Shown here: positions 46,175 to 54,994 of the stretch, in pieces
How positions within the stretch are numbered: the first letter of the stretch is position 1
Layout: each line of letters starts with the position of its first letter
DNA from: an uncultured Pelagibacteraceae bacterium
GTDB taxonomy: Bacteria; Pseudomonadota; Alphaproteobacteria; Pelagibacterales; Pelagibacteraceae
Length of the DNA: 64,000 nt
NCBI GenBank assembly: GCA_902599805.1
Contig: CACKGP010000002.1
Location: forward strand, 15,570 to 79,569
Direction of reading: 5' to 3'
Made by a program: the position numbers and the translations under genes
Notes under the pieces: model-generated
What the model was told of the DNA's origin: nothing
Databases searched by the model: none
What the model saw: only the letters and a program-made list of their open reading frames with translations

Positions 46175-47477
46175 GGTTTATTTAACAGTATTTTTTATTG
46201 GCGTACTTCTATTTTTTCTTGGCTCAGGAATTTGGGTTGGAATAAGCATGATCGGAGTTTCTACTATTGGAATGATTATGTTTACGTCTCGACCAGTAGG
46301 AGATGCAATGGCAACAACCATGTGGAGTATGGCGTCTTCTTGGTCTTTAACAGCTCTACCACTTTTTGTTTGGATGGGTGAAATTTTATTCAGAACAAAA
46401 TTATCTGAAAATTTATTTAAAGGATTATCCCCTTGGCTCTCAAAGTTACCTGGTGGCTTAATACACGTAAATATATTAGGTTGTGCAATATTTGCAGCTA
46501 TTTCTGGATCTTCAGCAGCAACCGTTGCAACAGTTGGGAAGATGTCTATCCCAGAATTAAGAAAAAGAAATTACCCTGAAAGATTTCTGCTTGGAACCTT
46601 GGCAGGTTCAGGAACTTTAGGACTTTTGATCCCACCTTCAATAATATTGATTATTTATGGTGTTACGGTTGAAGAGTCCATAGCTAAACTTTTTATTGCT
46701 GGAATAATTCCTGGTATTGGTCTTGCTTTATTATTTATGATTTATGTAGTTGCCTGGTCTCTTAAAAACAAAAAAATAATGCCTGTAATAAGTGAAGACT
46801 TTTCATTTATTGATAAAGTAAAACAGTCTGGGCAATTATTACCAGTTATACTTTTAATTTTTGCAGTAATTGGATCAATTTATGCAGGTATAGCAACGGC
46901 TACTGAAGCAGCATCGCTTGGTGTATTAGGTGCATTAGTATTATCTTTTTTTCAGAAAAGTTTAACCAAAGAGTCTTTTAGTAAATCATTATTAGGCGCA
47001 ACCAAAACATCTTGTATGATAGCTTTTATTTTAGCTGGCTCATCTTTTTTAACGTTAGCAATGGCATTCACAGGATTACCTAAAAATTTAGCTGTATTTA
47101 TAGATACACTTCAGTTGTCTCCTTATATGTTGCTTTTAGTTTTAACAATTTTTTATATAATTCTTGGAATGTTTTTGGATGGAATATCTGCTGTGGTTCT
47201 CACGATGGCAATAATTGAACCAATGATACGACAAGCGGGGTTTGATATGATTTGGTTTGGTATTTATTTAGTTATAGTTGTCGAGATGGCTCAAATTACT
47301 CCACCAGTTGGTTTTAATTTATTCGTTCTTCAAGGAATGGCAAAAAGAGATATGGGCTTTATAGCTAGAAGTGCTTTTCCATTATTTCTTTTAATGATTT
47401 TGGCAGTAGTTATTATAATTTCTTTTCCCCAGTTGGCGTTATGGCTTCCTGATCAAATGATACAACCACTTAAATGA
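46167..47477 (+). CDS. TRAP transporter large permease (DctM-type)
   Basis: 436-aa polytopic protein with AISGSSAATVATVG and ITPPVGFNLFV motifs. Confidence 0.93.
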   Translation: MTEVYLTVFFIGVLLFFLGSGIWVGISMIGVSTIGMIMFTSRPVGDAMATTMWSMASSWSLTALPLFVWMGEILFRTKLSENLFKGLSPWLSKLPGGLIHVNILGCAIFAAISGSSAATVATVGKMSIPELRKRNYPERFLLGTLAGSGTLGLLIPPSIILIIYGVTVEESIAKLFIAGIIPGIGLALLFMIYVVAWSLKNKKIMPVISEDFSFIDKVKQSGQLLPVILLIFAVIGSIYAGIATATEAASLGVLGALVLSFFQKSLTKESFSKSLLGATKTSCMIAFILAGSSFLTLAMAFTGLPKNLAVFIDTLQLSPYMLLLVLTIFYIILGMFLDGISAVVLTMAIIEPMIRQAGFDMIWFGIYLVIVVEMAQITPPVGFNLFVLQGMAKRDMGFIARSAFPLFLLMILAVVIIISFPQLALWLPDQMIQPLK

Positions 47478-47913
47478 ATGGGTCATAAGCCCATTGAAGT
47501 ATTGCTTGTCTTTGTCTTCTTCTACAAGATAAATCATTCTTATCACAATTTTTTGCTATTGCCTTAACGTGTCTTGTAAAATTTAACCATCTTTGAATTT
47601 GAACTTCATCCATTCCTTTTATTCTTCTGCCATTTGAATACCTGCAATACCACTGAAACCATCCAAGCGGATCTTCTTTGAATATCCACCCCTTTTTAAT
47701 CCATTCCTCCCTTGGTAATCCTGACTTTATTTTGAATCTATTTAACTCAACATCAAAATTTTTACTTAATTTAGCTTTCTTAAACCAGGATTTTGGAAAT
47801 TCTTTCATTTCGCTGTCTTTAAAATATGAGCCTCCAAATACACCATGCTCAAGCATTTCTTTAGGAGTAAGTTGTGGTTTAAATAATTTATAAATATCTT
47901 TTTCTTTTGGCAA
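47470..47913 (-). CDS. Conserved-looking hypothetical cytoplasmic protein (Trp/Arg-rich)
   Basis: 147 aa with no TM or signal peptide. Distinctive motifs GVFGGSYF, DPLGWFQWYCRYSNGRR and QIQRWLNFTRH. I cannot name the family. Confidence 0.65.
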   Translation of the reverse strand: MPKEKDIYKLFKPQLTPKEMLEHGVFGGSYFKDSEMKEFPKSWFKKAKLSKNFDVELNRFKIKSGLPREEWIKKGWIFKEDPLGWFQWYCRYSNGRRIKGMDEVQIQRWLNFTRHVKAIAKNCDKNDLSCRRRQRQAILQWAYDPFI

Positions 47914-47915
47914 AA

Positions 47916-48302
47916 TTAATTACCTTTTTTTGATTCTAAGTAATAATCAATACTACACATTTGTGGTTTGTTTGAAATAATTATTAATAGTCCCCCCATA
48001 ATAGCGGTATTTTTCAAAAAAGATATTAATTGCATACTATTACTGAAATCGGTGTGAAAAATAAGTGTAACTGTTAAAACAAATAAAAATAAAATGGAAG
48101 CCACAATTCTAGTTTTAAACCCTGCTATTAAAACTAAAGGGATTACAAATTCAAATACTAAAGATGGATAAAAAAGAACTTCGGGAACACCGTATTGAGA
48201 CATATACATCATGCCTTCATCAGGAGAAAAAAATTTTCTAACGGCTTCAATAATGAACAATGAAGATATAAATATTCTTCCTAAAACTTCTACTATGTGC
48301 AT
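47916..48302 (-). CDS. DoxX-family membrane protein
   Basis: 128 aa with 4 TM segments and a DoxX-like layout. Confidence 0.75.
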   Translation of the reverse strand: MHIVEVLGRIFISSLFIIEAVRKFFSPDEGMMYMSQYGVPEVLFYPSLVFEFVIPLVLIAGFKTRIVASILFLFVLTVTLIFHTDFSNSMQLISFLKNTAIMGGLLIIISNKPQMCSIDYYLESKKGN

Positions 48303-48797
48303 TTAATTTTTTTCTATTACTTCTTTAAGTTCAGCGTATTCTTCACAATTACAATTTTTTAATACAGCCAATCTTTCTTTAGCGAGCTCAACTCTACCTG
48401 TTTTGACGTATAATTCACCTAAGTATTCGTTAATACCATTATGATTTGGTTTTATTTTGAGACCAGCTAAGTAATGTTTTTCAGCTTCCTCAAATTTTCC
48501 AGTTTTTCTTAATGTAAAGCCAAGGTAATTTAAAATATCTGGATTGTTTCTATCTTGCTTATGAGCTTCCTGTAATTTGTCTAAAGCTTTAGCATATAAC
48601 TTAGTTGCTCTATCAATTTTATCTTTTTTCTCAAGTTTTTCAGCTCTTGAAATAAACTGCTTCGCAGTTTTGTACTGATCCATATAGTTATCTGAACCAC
48701 TATCACTGCTGCTATCGCTTCCCGCCCCATGAGAAACACCTAAATACTGAGCGAAAATAAATGTTGCTATTAAAATTATAAATATTTTTTTAAACAT
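48303..48797 (-). CDS. Secreted TPR-repeat protein
   Basis: 164 aa with a signal peptide, a Ser/Asp-rich linker (GSDSSSDSGSDN) and TPR repeats (LNYLGFTLRKTGKFEEAEKHYLAGLKIKPNH). Confidence 0.8.
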   Translation of the reverse strand: MFKKIFIILIATFIFAQYLGVSHGAGSDSSSDSGSDNYMDQYKTAKQFISRAEKLEKKDKIDRATKLYAKALDKLQEAHKQDRNNPDILNYLGFTLRKTGKFEEAEKHYLAGLKIKPNHNGINEYLGELYVKTGRVELAKERLAVLKNCNCEEYAELKEVIEKN

Positions 48798-48905
48798 GTT
48801 TATAAGTTATCTAAAATTTTATTTAATTTCTTTATTATATCCAATGTCATTTAAGTCGCAGCAATAATCTGATTGGATTCATGAATATTTTATATATAGT
48901 TAAAT

Positions 48906-49967
48906 ATGGGAAGTATAAAAGATTCGCTCACATTTGATGACGTAAGCCTTGTTCCACAACAGTCTTCAGTCGTACCCAACGAAACCATCACAAAAATCAC
49001 TTTGCACAAAAAACTGAATTTGAAGATCCCATTGATTTCATCTGCGATGGATACTGTAACCGAGTCTAAAATGGCAATAGCAATTGCCAAGATGGGAGGA
49101 ATTGGAGTTGTCCATAGAAACTTATCAGCTGATATGCAAGTTAGTGAAATTAAGAAAGTTAAAAAGGCAAATTTTTTAGTAGGTGCTGCTATAGGCGTTA
49201 ATAACAATGACTTAGATAGAGCAAAAAAACTTATAGAAGCAAAAGTTGATATGATTGTAATAGATACAGCTCATGGTCATACACAAAAAGTTTCCAAAAT
49301 GATTTATAAGATTAAAAAAATTACAAAAAAAATACCACTTTGCGCAGGCAACATTGCTACTGGGAAGGCTGCTAAATTTTTAGCGAGTTGTGGGGCTGAT
49401 ATAGTAAAAGTTGGAATTGGACCAGGATCGATATGCACAACAAGACTTGTTGCTGGGGTTGGAGTACCACAGTTAAGCGCAATATTAGATGTAAAAAAAG
49501 CATTAGGAAAAAGTAAAACTAAAATTATTTCAGATGGGGGAATAAAATTTTCAGGTGATTTAGCTAAAGCTATTGCTGCTGGGGCTGATGCTGTAATGAT
49601 TGGATCACTTTTTTCAGGAACAACAGAAAGCCCTGGAAAAATTTTAAAGCGCAAAGGAAAATTATATAAAACTTTTAGAGGTATGGGATCAGCTGGCGCT
49701 ATGTCGGTCGGCTCAGCAGACAGATACTATCAAAAAAAATTCAAAGATATTTCTAAATTTGTTCCAGAAGGTGTAGAGGGAATTGTAAAATTCAAAGGCC
49801 CAGTTAATAAAATTATTTATAATTTAACTGGTGGATTGAGATCTTCGATGGGATATTTAGGAGCCAAGACAATTAATGATTTACAAAAAAGAGGAGAGTT
49901 CGTGAAAATTAGTAAAGCTGGTTTTTATGAAAGTATGGTTCACAATGTGGACCAAGTCATAAAATAA
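48906..49967 (+). CDS. guaB: IMP dehydrogenase lacking the CBS/Bateman subdomain
   Basis: 353 aa, IMPDH-like at both ends (LTFDDVSLVPQQS, GIGPGSICTTR catalytic Cys loop, FRGMGSAGAM, ESMVHNV). The segment VHRNLS..EIKKVKKANFLVGAAIG joins the barrel directly where a CBS pair of about 120 aa normally sits. Followed by guaA. Confidence 0.88.
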   Translation: MGSIKDSLTFDDVSLVPQQSSVVPNETITKITLHKKLNLKIPLISSAMDTVTESKMAIAIAKMGGIGVVHRNLSADMQVSEIKKVKKANFLVGAAIGVNNNDLDRAKKLIEAKVDMIVIDTAHGHTQKVSKMIYKIKKITKKIPLCAGNIATGKAAKFLASCGADIVKVGIGPGSICTTRLVAGVGVPQLSAILDVKKALGKSKTKIISDGGIKFSGDLAKAIAAGADAVMIGSLFSGTTESPGKILKRKGKLYKTFRGMGSAGAMSVGSADRYYQKKFKDISKFVPEGVEGIVKFKGPVNKIIYNLTGGLRSSMGYLGAKTINDLQKRGEFVKISKAGFYESMVHNVDQVIK

Positions 49968-49970
49968 AAA

Positions 49971-51518
49971 ATGGATCAAGACAATTTAGAAAAAATAATT
50001 ATTATAGATTTTGGATCGCAAGTTACACAATTAATCGCAAGAAAAGTTAGAGAGATTGGAGTTTACTCCGAAATAATTAATTTTAATAAAGCAAAAAAAA
50101 TCAAACAAAATAAATTTATTAAAGGAATAATTTTATCCGGAGGGCCTTTAACTATAACTAAATCAAATTCTTTAAATCTTACTGATAATATTTTAAATTT
50201 AAAAAAACCTATTCTTGGAATTTGCTATGGACATCAAATATTAGCAAAGAAATTTGGAGGCAAGGTAAAAATATCAAAAACAAGAGAATTTGGATTTGCA
50301 CAAATTAAAAGTGACAAAAGATGTACTTTAACTCAAAATTTTTTCAAAAATAAAAATAACTCTGTCTGGATGAGCCATCAAGATATTGTAACAAAAATAC
50401 CCAGAGGATTTAAAAAAATAGCTTCAACGCAAAACTCAAAATTTGCAATTATATCAAATGAAAAGAGAAAGCTTTACGGAGTACAGTTTCATCCTGAAGT
50501 TACTCATACCGAAAATGGAAAAATTCTTTTAAGTAATTTTGTATTGAACATATGCAACACAAAAAAAATGTGGAGTCTTAGAAAACAAAAGGATTTAATA
50601 ATTAATGATATCAAAAACAAAGTAAAAAATGAAAAAGTCATATGTGCTTTATCAGGAGGTGTTGATAGTAGTGTGGTTGCATTTTTATTAAACAAAGCAA
50701 TCGGTAAAAAATTAAAATGTGTGTTTATAAATACTGGTCTTCTAAGAAAAAACGAGGAAAAAGAAGTTGTAAAAACTTTTAAAAAAAAATTAAAATCTAA
50801 TTTAATTTATGTTGATGCTTCAAAACTTTTTTTAAGTAAATTAAAAAATGTTACTGATCCTGAATTGAAAAGAAAAATCATTGGTAGACTTTTTATAAAG
50901 CTTTTTGAAAGAAAGGCAAAAAAAATTAAGTTTTTAGCTCAAGGTACTTTATATCCAGATTTGATAGAAAGCAGGTCTGTCACTGGAAGTCCAACTTCAA
51001 AAATTAAGTCACATCATAATGTAGGAGGACTACCAAAAAATTTGAAATTTTCATTAGTAGAACCTTTGCAAGCACTATTTAAAGATGAAGTAAGAAAATT
51101 AGGAAAAGAATTATCAGTTCCAAAATCTATACTTCAAAGACATCCTTTTCCTGGGCCTGGTCTAGCCATAAGGATACCAGGTAAAATTTCAAAATATAAA
51201 ATTAAAGTTTTAAAGGAAGCAGATTTTATATTTATTGATGAATTAAAAAAATCAAATCTTTATCATAAGATTTGGCAGGCATATGCAGCATTACTTCCTT
51301 TAAAAACTGTTGGTGTCATGGGAGACAGCAGAACTTATGAATATACATGCATGTTAAGAGCAGTTACTTCACACGATGGTATGACCGCAGACTTTTATAA
51401 TTTTGATAAAACTTTCATACAGAAGGTATCTAATAGAATTATCAACTCTGTAAATGGAATAAATAGAGTTCTTTACGATGTGACCTCAAAACCTCCTAGC
51501 ACTATTGAATTGGAATAA
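49971..51518 (+). CDS. guaA: GMP synthase (glutamine-hydrolysing)
   Basis: 515 aa with a GATase (GICYGHQ, QFHPE), ATP-PPase P-loop (SGGVDSSV), and C-terminal [14 protein letters not shown]. Confidence 0.96.
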   Translation: MDQDNLEKIIIIDFGSQVTQLIARKVREIGVYSEIINFNKAKKIKQNKFIKGIILSGGPLTITKSNSLNLTDNILNLKKPILGICYGHQILAKKFGGKVKISKTREFGFAQIKSDKRCTLTQNFFKNKNNSVWMSHQDIVTKIPRGFKKIASTQNSKFAIISNEKRKLYGVQFHPEVTHTENGKILLSNFVLNICNTKKMWSLRKQKDLIINDIKNKVKNEKVICALSGGVDSSVVAFLLNKAIGKKLKCVFINTGLLRKNEEKEVVKTFKKKLKSNLIYVDASKLFLSKLKNVTDPELKRKIIGRLFIKLFERKAKKIKFLAQGTLYPDLIESRSVTGSPTSKIKSHHNVGGLPKNLKFSLVEPLQALFKDEVRKLGKELSVPKSILQRHPFPGPGLAIRIPGKISKYKIKVLKEADFIFIDELKKSNLYHKIWQAYAALLPLKTVGVMGDSRTYEYTCMLRAVTSHDGMTADFYNFDKTFIQKVSNRIINSVNGINRVLYDVTSKPPSTIELE

Positions 51519-51520
51519 AA

Positions 51521-52294
51521 TTATATAAATTTCTTTAATTGATCTAAAGATTTTAATGAAACTTTTGAATTTATTAATCCATCTTTAATCTCTTGAGCTG
51601 TTTGAACAGCACTCTTACCATCACCATGAACACAAATTGAGTCAATTTCGCATGGAATTTGTTTACCTGAAAAACAATTTAAAGCCTGGTTTTGAACCAT
51701 TTTAACAACATGTTTTTTTGCTATTTCTGGATCTGTAATAAGAGCATTTTTCTTTGATCTTGACACTAGATTACCATCGTCTTCATAATTTCTATCTGCA
51801 AAAATTTCTGCAGCAACTTTTAGATTAAGTTTTTTTCCCGCTTTTTCCATTTGTGATCCTGTGGGAACTAAAAAAATTAAATCTTTATTTACATTTATGA
51901 TAGATTTTGAAATTACACTTGCTAACTCAAAATCTTCACAAGCCATGTTATTTAATGCACCATGAGGTTTAACATGTGTAACTTTCATCGAATTTTTCTC
52001 AGCAATCTCAGATAAAATATTAATTTGATCTACTATTAATTTGTTAATTTCCTTTGCAGTTAAATTTAACCTTTTTCTTCCAAAATTTTCCGGATCATTA
52101 AATGATGGATGAGCGCCTATGCTAACACCATTTTTTTTTGAAATTTCTACTGTTTTTTTCATGGTTGGTTCATCCCCTGCGTGGTACCCGCAAGCAACAT
52201 TAGCTGAATTAACTATACTTAATAACAAAGGGTCATTTTCTGTGGAACAGAACTTTGAAGTTTCGCCAAGATCACAATTAATATTAATTTCCAT
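51521..52294 (-). CDS. pxpA: 5-oxoprolinase subunit A (LamB/YcsF family)
   Basis: 257 aa with N-terminal INCDLGE, then NVACGYHAGD and VKPHGALNN. Confidence 0.9.
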   Translation of the reverse strand: MEININCDLGETSKFCSTENDPLLLSIVNSANVACGYHAGDEPTMKKTVEISKKNGVSIGAHPSFNDPENFGRKRLNLTAKEINKLIVDQINILSEIAEKNSMKVTHVKPHGALNNMACEDFELASVISKSIINVNKDLIFLVPTGSQMEKAGKKLNLKVAAEIFADRNYEDDGNLVSRSKKNALITDPEIAKKHVVKMVQNQALNCFSGKQIPCEIDSICVHGDGKSAVQTAQEIKDGLINSKVSLKSLDQLKKFI

Positions 52295-52331
52295 ATTTTA
52301 AACCTTTATATAATATCTATTATATCAATTT

Positions 52332-53021
52332 ATGTTAAAAAAAATAAGCAATATTGGAGACTGCGGTATCACTTGCGATTTTGGTGATGAAGTCAATAAA
52401 AACACAAATAAAGAAGTAATAAAACTTTTTAATTTTATTCAAGAGTCAGTGAAAAGTAGAAAAATTAAAGGAATATTAAATTATACCCCATCATATAATA
52501 AGTTAATAATTAATTTTGAGTTAGGACAAATCAAATCAAAAGACATAATAGAATTTATTAAAAGCAGTGATTATTCAAAAGTAAATTTACCTGAAAGTAC
52601 AAAAATTGTTGAAATCCCCATATGTTATGATGAAGAATTTGCTTTAGATATAAAAAGATTAGAAGAAAAAACTAAATTGAATTTTAAAGAAATAGTATCC
52701 AAACATCTTGAAACAAATTTTTTCGTTTATATGATAGGTTTTGTGCCAGGGCAACCTTTTCTTGGCGACCTCAGTGAAAGTCTTTTTCACGATAGGTTAG
52801 ATACACCACGTATAAGAATTAACAAAGGTTCTGTGGGTATAGTCGAAAAATTCTGCACAATATATACGTTCGAAAGCCCAGGTGGATGGAATATAATTGG
52901 ACGAACCCCATTCGAGCTTTTTAATATAAATAAAACAAATACAAGTATTTTATCACCTGGAGATACCGTAAAATTTAAGTCTATATCAAAAAAAGAATTT
53001 ACTTTATTTAAAAATGAATAA
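52332..53021 (+). CDS. pxpB: 5-oxoprolinase subunit B (KipI / allophanate hydrolase subunit 1 family)
   Basis: 229 aa with YMIGFVPGQPFLG and SPGGWNIIGRTP motifs. Confidence 0.88.
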   Translation: MLKKISNIGDCGITCDFGDEVNKNTNKEVIKLFNFIQESVKSRKIKGILNYTPSYNKLIINFELGQIKSKDIIEFIKSSDYSKVNLPESTKIVEIPICYDEEFALDIKRLEEKTKLNFKEIVSKHLETNFFVYMIGFVPGQPFLGDLSESLFHDRLDTPRIRINKGSVGIVEKFCTIYTFESPGGWNIIGRTPFELFNINKTNTSILSPGDTVKFKSISKKEFTLFKNE

Positions 53022-53937
53022 TTATTTTAAAGTATTAAGACCAGGTATTAATTCAACTTTTCAAGATTTAGGTAGATTTGGATTACAGCATCTTGGCATT
53101 GTTGCAAGTGGCTGTATGGATCAATTATCATTTTGTAATTCAAATAAATTAGTTGATAACAAAATATCAGAAGGAGCTTTAGAATTTGCATATCAAGGAC
53201 CATTACTTGAGATGAATGGAGCAAATGCATTGGTAGCTATTTCAGGAAAAGTTAATTTTAATTTAATCAAAAAAAATGGTGAAATAATAAAAGGAAAATC
53301 TAATGAAAGTTTTCAAATTTCTAATGGAGATAAGATTGATATTTTATCAACAATTAATTCTGTCTATGGTTATTTTTCAATATTTGGCGGCTTTAAAATT
53401 GAAGAGGTCAAAGGAAGTGTATCTACGTTAGTTAAAGCAAAAATTGGTCCAAATAATGGAAATAAATTAAAAATTGATGATAAAATTTTTTTTAGAAAAT
53501 CCAATCAAACAAATAAATTAAAGAAGATTGAATTTGATTTTGATAAAGATAATGTCATTAGAGTAATGAAGGGCTTACAATTTCATTATTTTTCAAAAAA
53601 TAGCCAAGATGATTTTTTTTCAAAAGAGTATAAAGTTACAAAACTAACTGATCGAATGGGAATGAGATTAGACGGTGTTAAACTTGAAAACACAGTTAAT
53701 AAAAATATAAAATCTGAAGGGATAACAAAAGGATCAATCCAAGTCCCCGGTGATGGCCAACCTATAATTCTTCTTTCAGATCACCCAACCATTGGCGGAT
53801 ATCCAAAAATAGCCAATGTGATATCCGCTGACTATGATAAATTAGTTCAAAAAACTCCTGGTACAATTATTAAATTTAAATTGGTCAATTTGGCTGTTGC
53901 AGAAAATGCTTTTCAAGACTATGTAAGAAAATTCTAA
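53014..53937 (+). CDS. pxpC: 5-oxoprolinase subunit C (KipA / allophanate hydrolase subunit 2 family)
   Basis: 307 aa with TFQDLGRFG, DRMGMRLDG and HPTIGGYPKIA motifs. Confidence 0.88.
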   Translation: MNNYFKVLRPGINSTFQDLGRFGLQHLGIVASGCMDQLSFCNSNKLVDNKISEGALEFAYQGPLLEMNGANALVAISGKVNFNLIKKNGEIIKGKSNESFQISNGDKIDILSTINSVYGYFSIFGGFKIEEVKGSVSTLVKAKIGPNNGNKLKIDDKIFFRKSNQTNKLKKIEFDFDKDNVIRVMKGLQFHYFSKNSQDDFFSKEYKVTKLTDRMGMRLDGVKLENTVNKNIKSEGITKGSIQVPGDGQPIILLSDHPTIGGYPKIANVISADYDKLVQKTPGTIIKFKLVNLAVAENAFQDYVRKF

Positions 53938-54795
53938 ATGAATTTTGTTTATAAAATACCTGGACCACTACTTATTCTTACAGGGGGATTTTGTCTAAGC
54001 TGGGGTGGCCTCATTTTAAGAACTTTTGAAAGCGCTAGTATCTGGCAAATTCTCTTTTATAGATCAATATTTTTTCTCTGGGTGTTAATAGCTTTTATTT
54101 TGTTAACTTATAGAAAAAAGACATTTAAAAAAATTAAAGAAGCAGGAGTGCCTGGACTTATTGGCGGAGTATTTCTTTCAACAAACTTTGTTGCTTACAT
54201 GTATTCAATGATGGAAACGACTGTTGCTAATGTAGTTTTCATTATTAGCACTCAAACAGTTTTTTTACCAATTGTAGCCTACATTTTTTTAAAAGAAAAA
54301 ATTTCACCGCGAGGATATGTTGCAATTATGTTAGCAATGATCGGTGTAACTTTGATGATTGGTGACTCACTTGGGACTGGATCTTTAAAAGGAAACCTAG
54401 CCGCTTTGACTATTCCAATTAACTTTTCGGTTTTAGTTTTAATAATAAGAAAATATCCAAAAGTGGATATGATACCCGCAGTATTTTACGCGGGTATATT
54501 AAGTTGCTTGTATGGTTTATTTTTACTCGAAAATTTTGCTATATCCACAAAAGATATTTGGTTAGCATTTTTACTTGGTGTTCCACAATTAGCTTTTGGT
54601 TTTATTTTTATAACAATAGGTTCTAGGACAACACCGGCAGTAATGGTTGGTTTATTAATGCTAATGGAGTCTATATTCGCCCCAATATGGGTTTGGCTAT
54701 TTTATAATGAAATACCACCAATAAGTGTACTAATTGGTGGAATAATTATTCTTTCCGCAGTAGTCATGAAAAGTTTAGATTATAAAAAAGTATAA
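53938..54795 (+). CDS. EamA/DMT-family transporter
   Basis: 285-aa polytopic protein with duplicated EamA halves. Starts right after the pxpC stop. Confidence 0.82.
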   Translation: MNFVYKIPGPLLILTGGFCLSWGGLILRTFESASIWQILFYRSIFFLWVLIAFILLTYRKKTFKKIKEAGVPGLIGGVFLSTNFVAYMYSMMETTVANVVFIISTQTVFLPIVAYIFLKEKISPRGYVAIMLAMIGVTLMIGDSLGTGSLKGNLAALTIPINFSVLVLIIRKYPKVDMIPAVFYAGILSCLYGLFLLENFAISTKDIWLAFLLGVPQLAFGFIFITIGSRTTPAVMVGLLMLMESIFAPIWVWLFYNEIPPISVLIGGIIILSAVVMKSLDYKKV

Positions 54796-54824
54796 TTAAT
54801 TCAAATATTGTGTTATAAGAAAGC

Positions 54825-54972
54825 ATAACGGGAGAGACTATTTAGATATAGCGCCGAAGGAGCAACCTCCCTGGAAACTCTCAGGCAAAAGGACCGTTAT
54901 TGTAATAACTCTGGAAAGCAGGCTTAGGCCTCACCGAAGGAGCAAATCTCTCAGGTTCTTAGACAGAAGGGG
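54825..54972 (+). promoter_or_regulatory. Tandem glycine riboswitch (two aptamers) upstream of gcvT
   Basis: Aptamer 1 has P1 ATAACGG (54825-54831) pairing with CCGTTAT (54894-54900), and the cores GGAGAG, CGCCGAAGGAGCAA and CTCAGGCAAAAGGAC. Aptamer 2 has CTCTGGAAAG, CACCGAAGGAGCAA, CTCTCAGG and GACAGAAG. Confidence 0.9.
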
Positions 54973-54994
54973 AAAATAAAGGGTTATTACAAAT

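Noticed and set aside
48906-49967. Annotating the 353-aa IMPDH-family protein as GMP reductase (guaC) because of its short length
   Set aside because: The N-terminus, the flap (RGMGS.GAM..GS.DRY.Q) and the C-terminus (ES.VH.V) follow the GuaB pattern, not the GuaC pattern, and it is adjacent to guaA. The shortness is explained by precise absence of the CBS pair.
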